Position numbers and translations under genes: made by a program. Below, piece after piece: positions 1 to 9,247 of a stretch of DNA of 64,000 nucleotides; the stretch's first letter is position 1, and each line of letters opens with the position of its first letter. This stretch comes from Calditrichia bacterium (GTDB lineage: Bacteria; Calditrichota; Calditrichia; JAJRVZ01). The stretch spans positions 416,001 through 480,000 of the forward strand of contig CAVZSQ010000013.1 in NCBI GenBank assembly GCA_963777955.1, written 5' to 3'. Under the pieces are notes generated by a model that was not told where the DNA came from, searched no databases, and worked only from the letters and a program-made list of their open reading frames with translations.

Positions 1-1034
1 TAAAGGATATATACTATTTGAAAATAATATTGTAGCAGCAAATGTTTACAATTCCAATGGAGGAGTAGTGTTGGAGGGATATGTATTTCGGGAGGTATAG
101 ACTGGCCAGGTGAAATAATCATAAATAGAAACCTGATAAAAAGGAATTTTTCAAATGCAAATCCAGAATATCAGGGCTCAGGTGGAGGCATGTATATTGA
201 AAACTGCAGCCCAATAGTTTCTAATAATATGATCATAGAAAATACCTCAATATATGTCGGAGGCGGAATTTATATAAGGTGGGAGAGTAATTATTCGGGT
301 GGATTCACTAATCCGATTTTAATAAATAATACAATTATATTTAACACAGCCCAATATGGCGGGGGATTATCTTTGTATACTGAAGAAGCAGGCAAGAGCT
401 AATCCTGTTGTTATTAATACAATAGTTTGGGGAAATTCTGCCGACACCGATCCGGGAATAAATGCGACTATGGCATCATTTCAATTATACTATTGCCTGG
501 TACAAGATTCTGATTATATTAATTTTGACAATAGTGTCTTCCGTTCCGATCCCCTGTTTGCCGATACGCTCGGTCATCTTTCGGAACAGAGCCCTGCAAT
601 CGGAAACGGAGTGGCCAGTCTTGAACTTAATGATACAACCTATTTCGCACCGTCTACCGATTTTGAAGGTAATCCCAGACCTTCACCAGCCGATGCCCTG
701 GTGGATATCGGCGCCTTTGAATCACCGTATCTAGCGGTCGGTGTTAATCGATCTGCCACCTATGTTACTTATGGCCTATAATTTAAAACAGAACTATCCC
801 AATCCATTTAATCCGACGACCTATATCCAATTCTTAATTCCCAAACCTGAATCTGTTACTCTGGAAATCTATAACCTGCTTGGTCAGAAAATAGTTACGC
901 TAATTAACGAAAAGTTTAATGCCGGTTCGCATACAATAGTCTGGAACGCAGAGAACCTGGCCAGTGGAGTGTATCTATATCGCCTGCAGGCGGGTAGTTT
1001 TGAACAGGTGAGGAAGATGGTGTTGTTGAGGTAG
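1..1034 (+). CDS. 3' part of a secreted protein: parallel beta-helix repeats plus C-terminal T9SS type-A-like sorting domain (frameshifted; 5' end outside the window)
   Basis: GGG-x-Y/NNxIxxN beta-helix repeats, 'DIGAFES' motif and terminal 'LKQNYPNPFNPTT...LASGVYLYRLQAG...RKMVLLR'. Split over frames by indels near ~65, ~390 and ~760. Confidence 0.75.
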
Positions 1035-1054
1035 GGGCGAATCATAATTTGCCC
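1031..1054. repeat. GTAG-type REP hairpin
   Basis: GTAG-GGGCGAAT-cata-ATTTGCCC. Supplies the TAG stop of the upstream gene; same family as the REPs at 22056 and 22385. Confidence 0.7.
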
Positions 1055-1069
1055 GTTATGCGAGGAATA

Positions 1070-1135
1070 ACCCACCCCTCTCATCCCCTCCCTGTCAGCC
1101 CTGGGCTGACAGGGAGGGGATTATAGGGGAGGGTC
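1070..1135. repeat. Polypyrimidine/polypurine palindromic repeat, copy 1
   Basis: Perfect 19-bp arms ATCCCCTCCCTGTCAGCCC (1083-1101) / GGGCTGACAGGGAGGGGAT (1103-1121) inside an ACCCACCCCT...AGGGGAGGGT frame; second copy at 4790-4855. Confidence 0.85.
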
Positions 1136-1143
1136 AATTAACC

Positions 1144-1209
1144 GGTCGTCTCGATACGATCCCGACCTGTCTGCCGCCAGGCAGGTAAATCGGGGTCTAC
1201 TCGACGACC
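1144..1209. repeat. Nested palindromic repeat (GGTCGTCTCGA...TCGACGACC with internal hairpins)
   Basis: Outer arms match the element at 11766-11791; the interior holds GATCCCGA/TCGGGGTC and ACCTGTCTG/CAGGCAGGT hairpins. Confidence 0.75.
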
Positions 1210-1270
1210 AACACTCTCTCCCGCATAAACAGCAAAACAGTCATTCCCGCAAAACGTGCACCAATAACTA

Positions 1271-1303
1271 CCACCTTAAGGGTGCCATGCACCCTTAAGG
1301 TGG
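1271..1303. repeat. Perfect 15-bp-arm hairpin, copy 1 (downstream of GYD gene)
   Basis: CCACCTTAAGGGTGC-cat-GCACCCTTAAGGTGG. Confidence 0.9.
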
Positions 1304-1310
1304 CTAGTAG

Positions 1311-1595
1311 TTAAACCTCCCCCATAATCTTATCAAACTTTTCAACCGGAATCGCCTCAGAAGTGGCGAAAGCGATACCGGTTAATTTGCTCAGGGCGAT
1401 TGATGCCTTCAAAGCCGCTTCCATACCGGGAAAATCGATTACAAACAACAGGTCTTTTTCTCCCAGTAAAGCGTACATCGATTTAACCTCACCGCCCAAT
1501 TTCTTTACCAGATCCAGGGACTTCCTGGTGCGATCGCCGCTGATGTCTTTTATTGCACCGGCAGAATATTTCCCCATTAGTACATAGGTAGCCAT
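1311..1595 (-). CDS. GYD domain-containing protein
   Basis: 94 aa, 'MATYVLMGKYS...GGEVKSMYALLGEKDLLFVIDFP' pattern typical of GYD proteins; AAGGAAGG RBS upstream. Confidence 0.85.
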   Translation of the reverse strand: MATYVLMGKYSAGAIKDISGDRTRKSLDLVKKLGGEVKSMYALLGEKDLLFVIDFPGMEAALKASIALSKLTGIAFATSEAIPVEKFDKIMGEV

Positions 1596-1731
1596 ATAAT
1601 TTCCTTCCTTTTAAGATAAGTTAATTTGTTCTAAAACATAATATTAAAGAAGAAATCATTCAGATTCTGAATAGGATTATAGTGAGGTTAATATACTTAT
1701 TTCACCCATGATTGCAACAAAATTCTAAAAA

Positions 1732-1766
1732 GCCACCTTAAGGGTGCTTCACACCCTTAAGGTGGC
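1732..1766. repeat. Perfect 15-bp-arm hairpin, copy 2 (upstream of GYD gene)
   Basis: GCCACCTTAAGGGTG-cttca-CACCCTTAAGGTGGC. Confidence 0.9.
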
Positions 1767-1771
1767 CTATC

Positions 1772-1877
1772 TTAACCACCCGCTTTAACCGTTTAGTTAA
1801 TTTAATCCTTGACATTTGATCATTTTCCTTTTATCTTAACCAAACAATTTAACCAACCGGATAAATTAAACGGTTAA
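1772..1877 (+). promoter_or_regulatory. Sigma70 promoter of the tetR-efflux operon with putative TetR operator array
   Basis: TTGACA (1809-1814)-N17-TATCTT (1832-1837). TTAACC-type half-sites at 1772, 1785, 1836 and 1849, plus a reverse GGTTAA ending at 1877. Confidence 0.7.
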
Positions 1878-1888
1878 AAGAGGAAAGA

Positions 1889-2530
1889 ATGGAAATTTCG
1901 ACAGACACCGAACAGAAGATCCTGCTGGCGGCCCGGGAAATCTTCCTGGAAAAAGGTAAAGATGGCGCCCGCATGCAGGAAATCGCCGACTGCGCTGGAA
2001 TAAATAAAGCCCTGCTCCATTACTATTTCCGCTCCAAGGACCGCCTGTTCAGCCAGATTTTCCTGACTGAATTCAAATCCGTATTCAGCACCCTCTTTGA
2101 GTCCGTCTCCAGCGAAACCGATTTCCATAAATTCTTGGAAAAATTCATAACCACCTATCTTACTCTGATCAGCCCCCGGCGAAATTTGTTGCGGTTTATT
2201 CTATGGGAGAGCGAAAAAACTAAAATAGAATTTGCCAGGTTTATAATCGAAGAGAGCAGGAAAAAAGGATTCAAAGAAAATCCGTTGATCGATTCAACGC
2301 TCGCAGCGATCGCTAATAAACAAATCAAGGATATCGATGCCGTCAACCTCATCCTCAGTTTGCTGGGTATGTGTATTTTCCCACTGATTGCGGCGCCGAT
2401 CATCGAAAAAATGTTTCATAATCTTAAGATCAATACCCCCGCTTTCCTGGATAAACGCGCTGCTGAAATTCTTAACCTGATCTGGAACGGTATCGGTCCT
2501 GAAAAGAAAATATCAACCGTCCATAAATAG
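1889..2530 (+). CDS. TetR/AcrR family transcriptional regulator
   Basis: N-terminal HTH 'ILLAAREIFLEKGKDGARMQEIADCAGINKALLHYYFRSKDRLF'. Confidence 0.95.
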   Translation: MEISTDTEQKILLAAREIFLEKGKDGARMQEIADCAGINKALLHYYFRSKDRLFSQIFLTEFKSVFSTLFESVSSETDFHKFLEKFITTYLTLISPRRNLLRFILWESEKTKIEFARFIIEESRKKGFKENPLIDSTLAAIANKQIKDIDAVNLILSLLGMCIFPLIAAPIIEKMFHNLKINTPAFLDKRAAEILNLIWNGIGPEKKISTVHK

Positions 2531-2542
2531 GAGATAAATCCT

Positions 2543-3907
2543 ATGTTTGTCAAAATATTTGCGCTGCTCGGAAATAGATTATGCAATATAAAATATGAAG
2601 ATTACTTCGCCGTGTTTGTTGTTGCCTGGTTATTAATTTTCCCCGCTGTGCTGCCGGCACAGGAGTTACTAACTCTGGATAAAGTTTGGGACCTGGCCCT
2701 GCATAATAACCTGGCCCTGCAACAACAAGTCCACTCCATCGAGCAGGCCAATAAAGAAATCTGGATCCAGCAAACCGGATTATTGCCGGCCCTGAGTTTG
2801 ACCTCCTACTATCAGTATCAATCGGAACTGGCCCGCATCGAATTGCCCTTCATGGGCTTTGCAGGCATCGAAGCTGGAGTCCATAATCAATATGATCTCC
2901 ATGCTCTCATTCAGCAACCTGTCTTCAGAGGATTTCGTACCTACTACTCTGTCCGGGCTGCTAAAAAAAAGTATGAATTGCAGATTGCCCAAAAGACAGT
3001 GCAACAGAATGTGCTGTTGCTGCAAGCCGGACAACTATTTTTCGATCTGCAGTTGAATTTTTTACAACAGGAGGTTTTGCAGAAAAGCATCGGGCGCACC
3101 GCCCTGCAGTTGGAAAGACTGGACAATTTACTGGCCGCCCGGCAAATCAGTCCCTTCGATACCCTGGAGATCGCCAATCATAAACTGGACCAGTTGAACC
3201 GTTTGCAATTGATCCGGGACCAGCAGAAGATACTGCACTCGAAACTTGAATATTTACTCGACATACCTGAACTGCCCGCAGTACAGCATCAATCCGCAAC
3301 CGAGATCACTTTCACTCTGAAACCCCTGAACGAATACCAGACCCTGGCCATGGAAAAACGTCCGGAGTTAAAACAGACAGCAATATCATACCAGTTACAA
3401 CAAGATGCCACCAGCATGATCAGAGCCGCTTATTATCCACAGATTAGTGCACAGTTGGCTTATCATTATGCCCGGCCCGGGGTGAACTACTTCAAAGATG
3501 AATGGATGAAGTATTATAATTTCGGTATCAATCTGCAATGGGAACTATGGAACTGGAGCAGGGATGCCGCTAAAGTCCAGCAGGCAAAACTGGAACAACA
3601 CAAACTGGATCTGGAAAACCAGAAACTGGTCAATGATATTAAACAACAGGTGAAGGAAGTCTATCTATATCTGCAAAGTCTGATTCAGCAAAGTCAATTA
3701 CTAAAACAGCTGATCGAACAGGAAAACGAACGCTACCGGATTACCCAGGAAAAATTTCAACAGGGGCTGATGACCTCCCTGGACCTGAATACTGCCGAAC
3801 ATGCCCTGACCGAAGCGCAACTGCGTCTGCAGGAAAATAATATCTCCTGGCAAAAATACAAAATACAACTAGAGTTCGTTTGTGGCACTATCGGCACAAC
3901 CGAGTAG
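2543..3907 (+). CDS. TolC family outer-membrane efflux protein
   Basis: Signal region, 'ALHNNLAL', 'AMEKRPEL', 'YYPQISAQ', 'FGINLQWELWNW'; efflux operon context. Confidence 0.9.
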   Translation: MFVKIFALLGNRLCNIKYEDYFAVFVVAWLLIFPAVLPAQELLTLDKVWDLALHNNLALQQQVHSIEQANKEIWIQQTGLLPALSLTSYYQYQSELARIELPFMGFAGIEAGVHNQYDLHALIQQPVFRGFRTYYSVRAAKKKYELQIAQKTVQQNVLLLQAGQLFFDLQLNFLQQEVLQKSIGRTALQLERLDNLLAARQISPFDTLEIANHKLDQLNRLQLIRDQQKILHSKLEYLLDIPELPAVQHQSATEITFTLKPLNEYQTLAMEKRPELKQTAISYQLQQDATSMIRAAYYPQISAQLAYHYARPGVNYFKDEWMKYYNFGINLQWELWNWSRDAAKVQQAKLEQHKLDLENQKLVNDIKQQVKEVYLYLQSLIQQSQLLKQLIEQENERYRITQEKFQQGLMTSLDLNTAEHALTEAQLRLQENNISWQKYKIQLEFVCGTIGTTE

Positions 3908-3915
3908 GAGGAAAG

Positions 3916-4786
3916 ATGAAATTATACCCAGTTGTACTAATCATACTGATTTTCTTTTTTGGGTGTAAAAATGATGCCCGTCATCAATATACCGGCGTAC
4001 TGGAAGGTACGGCCGTAAAGGTACCGGCTTTGGCCGGAGGACAAATCCTGGCGCTGTATGTTGATAGCGGTGATCAGGTTGTTAAAGATCAAAAAATTGC
4101 AGTCATCGATTCAACCGAACTGGTCTTCCAGCGGCAGCAATTGCAGGCCAGCGTTGCTGGAGATACAGATCCAGCAGGAAATTGCACGCACTACTTTCGA
4201 TAAAATCACATCCGATCTGGCTTATGTCCAGGAAAAATACGACCGTATTGCCCAACTATATCAGAAAAATTCAGCACCAAGGCAAAATCTTGATGATGCC
4301 CAAAACCAGTTGCAGACAGTAACCTCCTCGCATCGTTCGGCCCGCCAGAATTTGCAAAGCCTGGCTGCCCGGCAGCAACAGGTACAGGCTCAACTTAATC
4401 TGGCCAACAAAAAAATTCGCGATACAGTTATTCTCTCACCCCGTGCCGGTATAATCACCACCAAATATTACGAAGCAGGAGAAGCGGTTATGCCGCTCAG
4501 TCCGGTAGTGGAAATTATCGATATCCGTACCATCGAAATAAAAATCTATATCAGTGAAACACAATTATCACAGGTTAAATACGGACAAACCGTGCGGGTA
4601 ATTATCGATGGCCTGGAAAAAAATATGACCGGCCAGGTCAGCTGGATCAGCCCGAAAGCTGAATTTACACCCAAATCAATCTTAACACCCGAAACCAGGA
4701 CCTCGCTGGTTTATGCAGTTAAAATTTCCATAGACAATCCCGAGGGTCTGCTTAAACATGGTATGCCGGTGGTGATAGAGTTGTAA
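3916..4786 (+). CDS. HlyD/YbhG-like periplasmic adaptor lipoprotein (one frameshift near 4150)
   Basis: GGAGG RBS, lipobox 'FFGC', lipoyl half-motifs, 'VSWISPKAEFTPKSILTPETRTSLVYAVKI...LKHGMP'. ORFs 3880-4203 and 4058-4786 join into one protein. Confidence 0.9.
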
Positions 4787-4789
4787 ATG

Positions 4790-4855
4790 ACCCACCCCTC
4801 TGTCCCCTCCCTTTCAGCCTGTTGGCTGAAAGGGAGGGGATGAAAGGGGAGGGTT
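4790..4855. repeat. Polypyrimidine/polypurine palindromic repeat, copy 2
   Basis: 17-bp arms TCCCCTCCCTTTCAGCC (4803-4819) / GGCTGAAAGGGAGGGGA (4824-4840). Confidence 0.85.
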
Positions 4856-4869
4856 AGTGAGAGAAATCT

Positions 4870-5790
4870 ATGTACGACATCGAAATAAAAAACTTCGTTA
4901 AAAAATACGATCAACTGACCGCAGTCAATGATATTACCCTGTCGGTTTCCAGACATGAACTATTCGGTTTGATTGGTCCCGATGGCGCCGGAAAAACGAC
5001 TTTAATGCGTTCTATCTGTACTCTGTTGGTACCCACCTCCGGCGCCATTCTGGTAAAAGGTCTGGAAGTGACCCGGAATATTACTGTCATCCGTGCGCTG
5101 CTGGGCTATATGCCGCAGCGTTTTTCATTGTACCTGGATTTAACCGTCGAGCAGAATCTGCGTTTTTTTGCTGATCTGTTTCAAGTCGCGCCGCACGAAT
5201 ATAAAGATCGTCTGCAACAACTTTATCAATTCTCGCGTCTGGAACCCTTCAAAAAACGATTAGCCGGTGCCCTGTCAGGCGGCATGAAACAAAAACTGGC
5301 TCTGTCCTGCGCCCTGATCCATACTCCTGAAATCCTGATTCTGGACGAACCTACTTTCGGCGTAGACCCGGTGTCACGGCAGGAATTCTGGAATATTCTC
5401 CGTTCCATCCAGCTGCAGGGCACAACCATAATGGTATCGACCGCATATATGGACGAGGCCAATCAATGCGACCGGGTAGCCCTGCTGTTTAATGGACAAC
5501 TGCGCGGGCTGGGCACTCCCTCAGAATTGCGGGCCACTTACCAGTATCCGCTATACCGCTTAGAGGGTTCCAATTTACCGGAACTGGAAAATTACTTTCG
5601 TCGCCAGAAACAGGTCCATATCACGCAAAAATTCGGCGATGCTTTGCATGTCAGTTTTTATCAAAAGCCCGATGAAACTTTCTGGCAAGCATGTCAGGGA
5701 GCTACCGCCGGGAACCTGCGGCAATGGGCAGTACAAGCACCATCTATTGAAGATATCTTTTTAGAACTGATGGGATCTGACAATGAATAA
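4870..5790 (+). CDS. ABC transporter ATP-binding protein (YbhF N-half-like)
   Basis: Walker A GPDGAGKT, signature LSGGM, Walker B ILILDEP. Confidence 0.95.
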   Translation: MYDIEIKNFVKKYDQLTAVNDITLSVSRHELFGLIGPDGAGKTTLMRSICTLLVPTSGAILVKGLEVTRNITVIRALLGYMPQRFSLYLDLTVEQNLRFFADLFQVAPHEYKDRLQQLYQFSRLEPFKKRLAGALSGGMKQKLALSCALIHTPEILILDEPTFGVDPVSRQEFWNILRSIQLQGTTIMVSTAYMDEANQCDRVALLFNGQLRGLGTPSELRATYQYPLYRLEGSNLPELENYFRRQKQVHITQKFGDALHVSFYQKPDETFWQACQGATAGNLRQWAVQAPSIEDIFLELMGSDNE

Positions 5791-6568
5791 GCAGATCGTG
5801 GTGAGCACTGAAAATCTGACCCGCCGTTTCGGCAAGTTTGTCGCTGTGGATTCAGTGAATATCCAGGTCAGGCCGGGGGAAATATTTGGTTTTCTGGGCG
5901 CCAATGGCGCCGGCAAAACCACGATGATCCGCATGCTCTGCGGCCTGTTGAAACCATCGTCCGGAAAGGGCACGGTGGCCGGATTCGATATTTATAAACA
6001 AAGCGAACAGATCAAACAGAATATCGGTTACATGAGTCAACGTTTTTCATTATATGACGACCTTACCATTCGCGAAAACATAGACTTTTATGGCGGCATT
6101 TACGGTTTATCAAACCGGGTCATCGAAACACGGCGGGAACAAATGTTACAGCAGGTGGGCCTGACCGATATAGCAGACAGTATGACCCATGAACTACCGG
6201 TCGGTTTTAAACAGCGTCTGGCCCTGGGCTGTGCTCTGCTGCATGATCCGCCGATTATTTTTCTGGATGAACCGACTTCCGGGGTGGATCCCAAAGCCAG
6301 ACGCAGTTTCTGGGATCTGATATATCAAACTTCTGAACAGGGTAAAACGGTTTTTGTCACCACCCATTTCATGGATGAGGCAGAATATTGCCACCGCCTG
6401 GCGATCATGCGTGACGGAAGAATCATCGCACTGGATCAACCGGGATTACTCAAGGAAAAGTATCACAAGGTCAGCATGCAGGAAGTTTTTATCGAAATTG
6501 CTACTGCCGGATCTACCGGGGACAATACCGCCGGGCAGACCGAATACCAAACCGGGAATTTATCATGA
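5783..6568 (+). CDS. ABC transporter ATP-binding protein (YbhF C-half-like)
   Basis: GANGAGKT, degenerate signature LPVGFKQR, IIFLDEP, TTH. Confidence 0.95.
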   Translation: MNKQIVVSTENLTRRFGKFVAVDSVNIQVRPGEIFGFLGANGAGKTTMIRMLCGLLKPSSGKGTVAGFDIYKQSEQIKQNIGYMSQRFSLYDDLTIRENIDFYGGIYGLSNRVIETRREQMLQQVGLTDIADSMTHELPVGFKQRLALGCALLHDPPIIFLDEPTSGVDPKARRSFWDLIYQTSEQGKTVFVTTHFMDEAEYCHRLAIMRDGRIIALDQPGLLKEKYHKVSMQEVFIEIATAGSTGDNTAGQTEYQTGNLS

Positions 6569-7680
6569 ATAAAAAAGTCAACCGGGTCTGGGCTATCTCC
6601 CGGAAAGAATTTATTCATATCATCCATGATCCGCGCAGTTTAATGATCATTTTTGTCATGCCGGTAATTCAACTTACCATGTTCGGGTATGCGCTCAATA
6701 TGGAAATTCAGGATGTCAGCCTGGCCGTAATTGATCAGGCTGATTCCCCGCTCTCCCATGACCTGATTCAGCAGTTTATCGCCAGTCCATTTTTCACGGT
6801 TTTTAATTATGACGGTAAATACAGTCAAATTGAGCAACTTTTTCTCCATCATAAGGCCCGGGCAGTCCTGATCATTGAACAGGATTTTGACCGGCAGCTC
6901 CGGCAACAATTATTTACCCCTGTGCAAATCCTGCTGGATGGTTCGGATCCTAATGCTGCCACCCTGATCAAAAATTATTGTAATACAGTTATTCTGGAGT
7001 TCAACCAGAGATCCGGACAGCAATTACCGCTGCCCATCGAGGTCAAACCGCGCATCTGGTACAATCCGGATTTTAAAAGTGCATATTTCTTTGTACCCGG
7101 CTTGATCGCCTTATTGCTGGTGATGGTTTCTGCCCTGTTAACCAGCATTACCATAACCCGCGAGAAAGAAATGGGCACCATGGAACAAATCCTGGTCTCA
7201 CCCATACGACCGCTGGAAATTATTATCGGCAAGGTGCTGCCCTATATCCTGATCGCTTTTCTGGAAGCTGTGATAATTTTAGTACTGGGTATGCTGATGT
7301 TCAAGGTTCCCTTCATGGGCAGTGTGTCACTGCTGCTGCTGCTGTCCCTGCTCTACATCATATCGGCTTTGAGTCTGGGTCTGATGATTTCCACCCTGGT
7401 CAGTACACAGCAGGTCGCTATGATGTTTGCCATGGTGGCAACATTATTACCGACTATCATGCTATCCGGTTTTATTTTTCCGCTCAACTCCATGCCGGTT
7501 ATCCTGCAGTATATTTCATATCTCGTTCCGGCAAAATATTTTCTGGTCGTCATTCGCGGAATCATGCTGAAGGGCAATACCGCCGGCCAACTGGTGTCCC
7601 AGATCCTGTTTTTACTGATTATGTCGATGCTGCTATTGAGCGTGGCCCTGCGCAAATTCCGCCTGAATCTGGAGAAATAA
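6565..7680 (+). CDS. ABC-2 type permease (YbhS-like)
   Basis: 'KEFIHIIHDPRSL', 'WYNP', 'ITREKEMGTMEQILVSP'; multiple TM helices. Confidence 0.92.
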   Translation: MNKKVNRVWAISRKEFIHIIHDPRSLMIIFVMPVIQLTMFGYALNMEIQDVSLAVIDQADSPLSHDLIQQFIASPFFTVFNYDGKYSQIEQLFLHHKARAVLIIEQDFDRQLRQQLFTPVQILLDGSDPNAATLIKNYCNTVILEFNQRSGQQLPLPIEVKPRIWYNPDFKSAYFFVPGLIALLLVMVSALLTSITITREKEMGTMEQILVSPIRPLEIIIGKVLPYILIAFLEAVIILVLGMLMFKVPFMGSVSLLLLLSLLYIISALSLGLMISTLVSTQQVAMMFAMVATLLPTIMLSGFIFPLNSMPVILQYISYLVPAKYFLVVIRGIMLKGNTAGQLVSQILFLLIMSMLLLSVALRKFRLNLEK

Positions 7681-7681
7681 A

Positions 7682-8803
7682 ATGCAACCTATCCTGTCCA
7701 TGCTTATAAAAGAATTCAAACAAATTTTCCGCACCCGGGAAATGATTGCTATTATTTTTGGCGTACCGCTGGTACAGATGGTTGTATTGGGTTATGTGAT
7801 CACAACCGAGGTCAAGAATATTTCACTGCTGATTGCTGATCGTGATCTCAGCACAACCAGCCGCGAAATCGTCCAACTATTCGAACACACCGATCGTTTC
7901 CGGATTACCGGTTATGAAACCGGCCAGCGTAATATCGAGGAATCTATCCAGAACTGGCAGGCTCAATTGGTGATAATCATTCCCCCTGATTTTGGCCGGG
8001 ATCTCCAGCGAAATTCCAGACCGGAACTGCAATTGCTGGTTGATGGTCTGGATGGAAATTCAGCCGGAGTTGCTCTGGGTTATGCCCAGGGGATCTTATA
8101 CCAGTGGGCCCAGTCCTACATGCAGTACTTCCTGATCAGGCCGGTCGGATTGAATGCACATCAGATTGTAATGCAGGACCGTGTCTGGTATAATCTTAAC
8201 CTGGATAATTCCCAGTACATGATCCCGGGAATCGTGGTGGTGTTGATTACGATCATTTCACTGATGCTGGCCGGAGTAAATCTGGTGCGGGAAAAAGAAT
8301 TGGGCACACTGGAACAATTGATGGTCACACCGCTGAAACGGTACCAGTTATTGCTGGGCAAGATCATACCATTTCTGATACTGACTTTTATCGAAATGAC
8401 GGTGGTGATGATTGTGGCCCAATTAATATTTGCAGTTAAAGTCGAGGGCAGTTATATGCTACTGGGTTTCCTCGCCTTTCTATTTTTATTTACCACCCTG
8501 GGAATCGGCATTTTTGTTTCGACTATCACTACCACGCAACAACAAGCTATGTTTGTGGCCTGGTTTTTGATGGTCTTCATGCTGCTGATGGGCGGATTTT
8601 TCATTCCCATTGAAAACATGCCGCCGCTGTTACAAAAGGTTACCTATTTAAATCCCATGCGCTATTTTCTATCCATTCTGCGCGATATTTTTCAAAAAGG
8701 TTCCAGTTTGCGCTATATGCTGCCGGATGTAATCCCGATGACACTTTATGGTTTATTTATTTTTGTGGTCAGTGTAATGAAATTTCATAAACGGATTGCC
8801 TAA
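7682..8803 (+). CDS. ABC-2 type permease (YbhR-like)
   Basis: 'KEFKQIFR', 'VREKELGTLEQLMVTP', 'NPMRYF'. Confidence 0.92.
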   Translation: MQPILSMLIKEFKQIFRTREMIAIIFGVPLVQMVVLGYVITTEVKNISLLIADRDLSTTSREIVQLFEHTDRFRITGYETGQRNIEESIQNWQAQLVIIIPPDFGRDLQRNSRPELQLLVDGLDGNSAGVALGYAQGILYQWAQSYMQYFLIRPVGLNAHQIVMQDRVWYNLNLDNSQYMIPGIVVVLITIISLMLAGVNLVREKELGTLEQLMVTPLKRYQLLLGKIIPFLILTFIEMTVVMIVAQLIFAVKVEGSYMLLGFLAFLFLFTTLGIGIFVSTITTTQQQAMFVAWFLMVFMLLMGGFFIPIENMPPLLQKVTYLNPMRYFLSILRDIFQKGSSLRYMLPDVIPMTLYGLFIFVVSVMKFHKRIA

Positions 8804-8833
8804 ACGCATATCGCACCTCGGCTGCCCTAAAAG

Positions 8834-8934
8834 TGTCATTCTGACGAGTCCGGCAGTTGCCGGACGAGGAAGAATCTATGTTTTTTGATAGAATATAGAT
8901 TCCTCATCCCGACCCGTCGGGATGAGGAATGACA
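8834..8934. repeat. TGTCATTC...GAATGACA type multi-hairpin repeat with nested palindromes; may also act as a terminator
   Basis: Outer TGTCATTC/GAATGACA; GAATCTAT/ATAGATTC; internal GTCCGGCA-gt-TGCCGGAC and ATTCCTCATCCCGAC-cc-GTCGGGATGAGGAAT. Confidence 0.8.
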
Positions 8935-9061
8935 GATCGACGCTTTTAAGACTCCCCTTACCATCTTTTTACCGTTTAGCTTTTTTTTGTCTGCCAAGAA
9001 CATTAATATATATGCGATATTTTTAAATATTTATTCATCCAGGTAGAAAAAAAACAGAAGC

Positions 9062-9247
9062 ATGATGTCTAGTATACTTCCGGAGGGCGAAGCGCTGCGC
9101 CGGGCGGTTAAATGGATATCCACCCAACTCCAGCAAGACTCGAATGCCAATAAACTGCAATTGGTTGAGCAGGCAGTATTTCGTTTTAATTTATCGCCAA
9201 AGGATGCTGAATTTCTATATCAGTTGTACAGTAAAAAACCCGGATAA
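9062..9247 (+). CDS. Small helical hypothetical protein
   Basis: 61 aa 'ILPEGEALRRAVKWIS...AVFRFNLSPKDAEFL' resembles a conserved small bacterial protein of unknown function (recognised from memory). Confidence 0.7.
   Translation: MMSSILPEGEALRRAVKWISTQLQQDSNANKLQLVEQAVFRFNLSPKDAEFLYQLYSKKPG

Noticed and set aside
1031..1766. Repeated palindromes as a CRISPR array or integron attC sites
   Set aside because: No regularly spaced identical repeats with unique spacers, no cas or integrase gene, and no clear RYYYAAC...GTTRRRY attC boxes.
8818..8958. GGCTGCCCTAAAAG...CTTTTAAGACTCC as MITE terminal inverted repeats around the 8834 element
   Set aside because: The match is too degenerate and no target duplication is evident, so it could not be supported without other copies.
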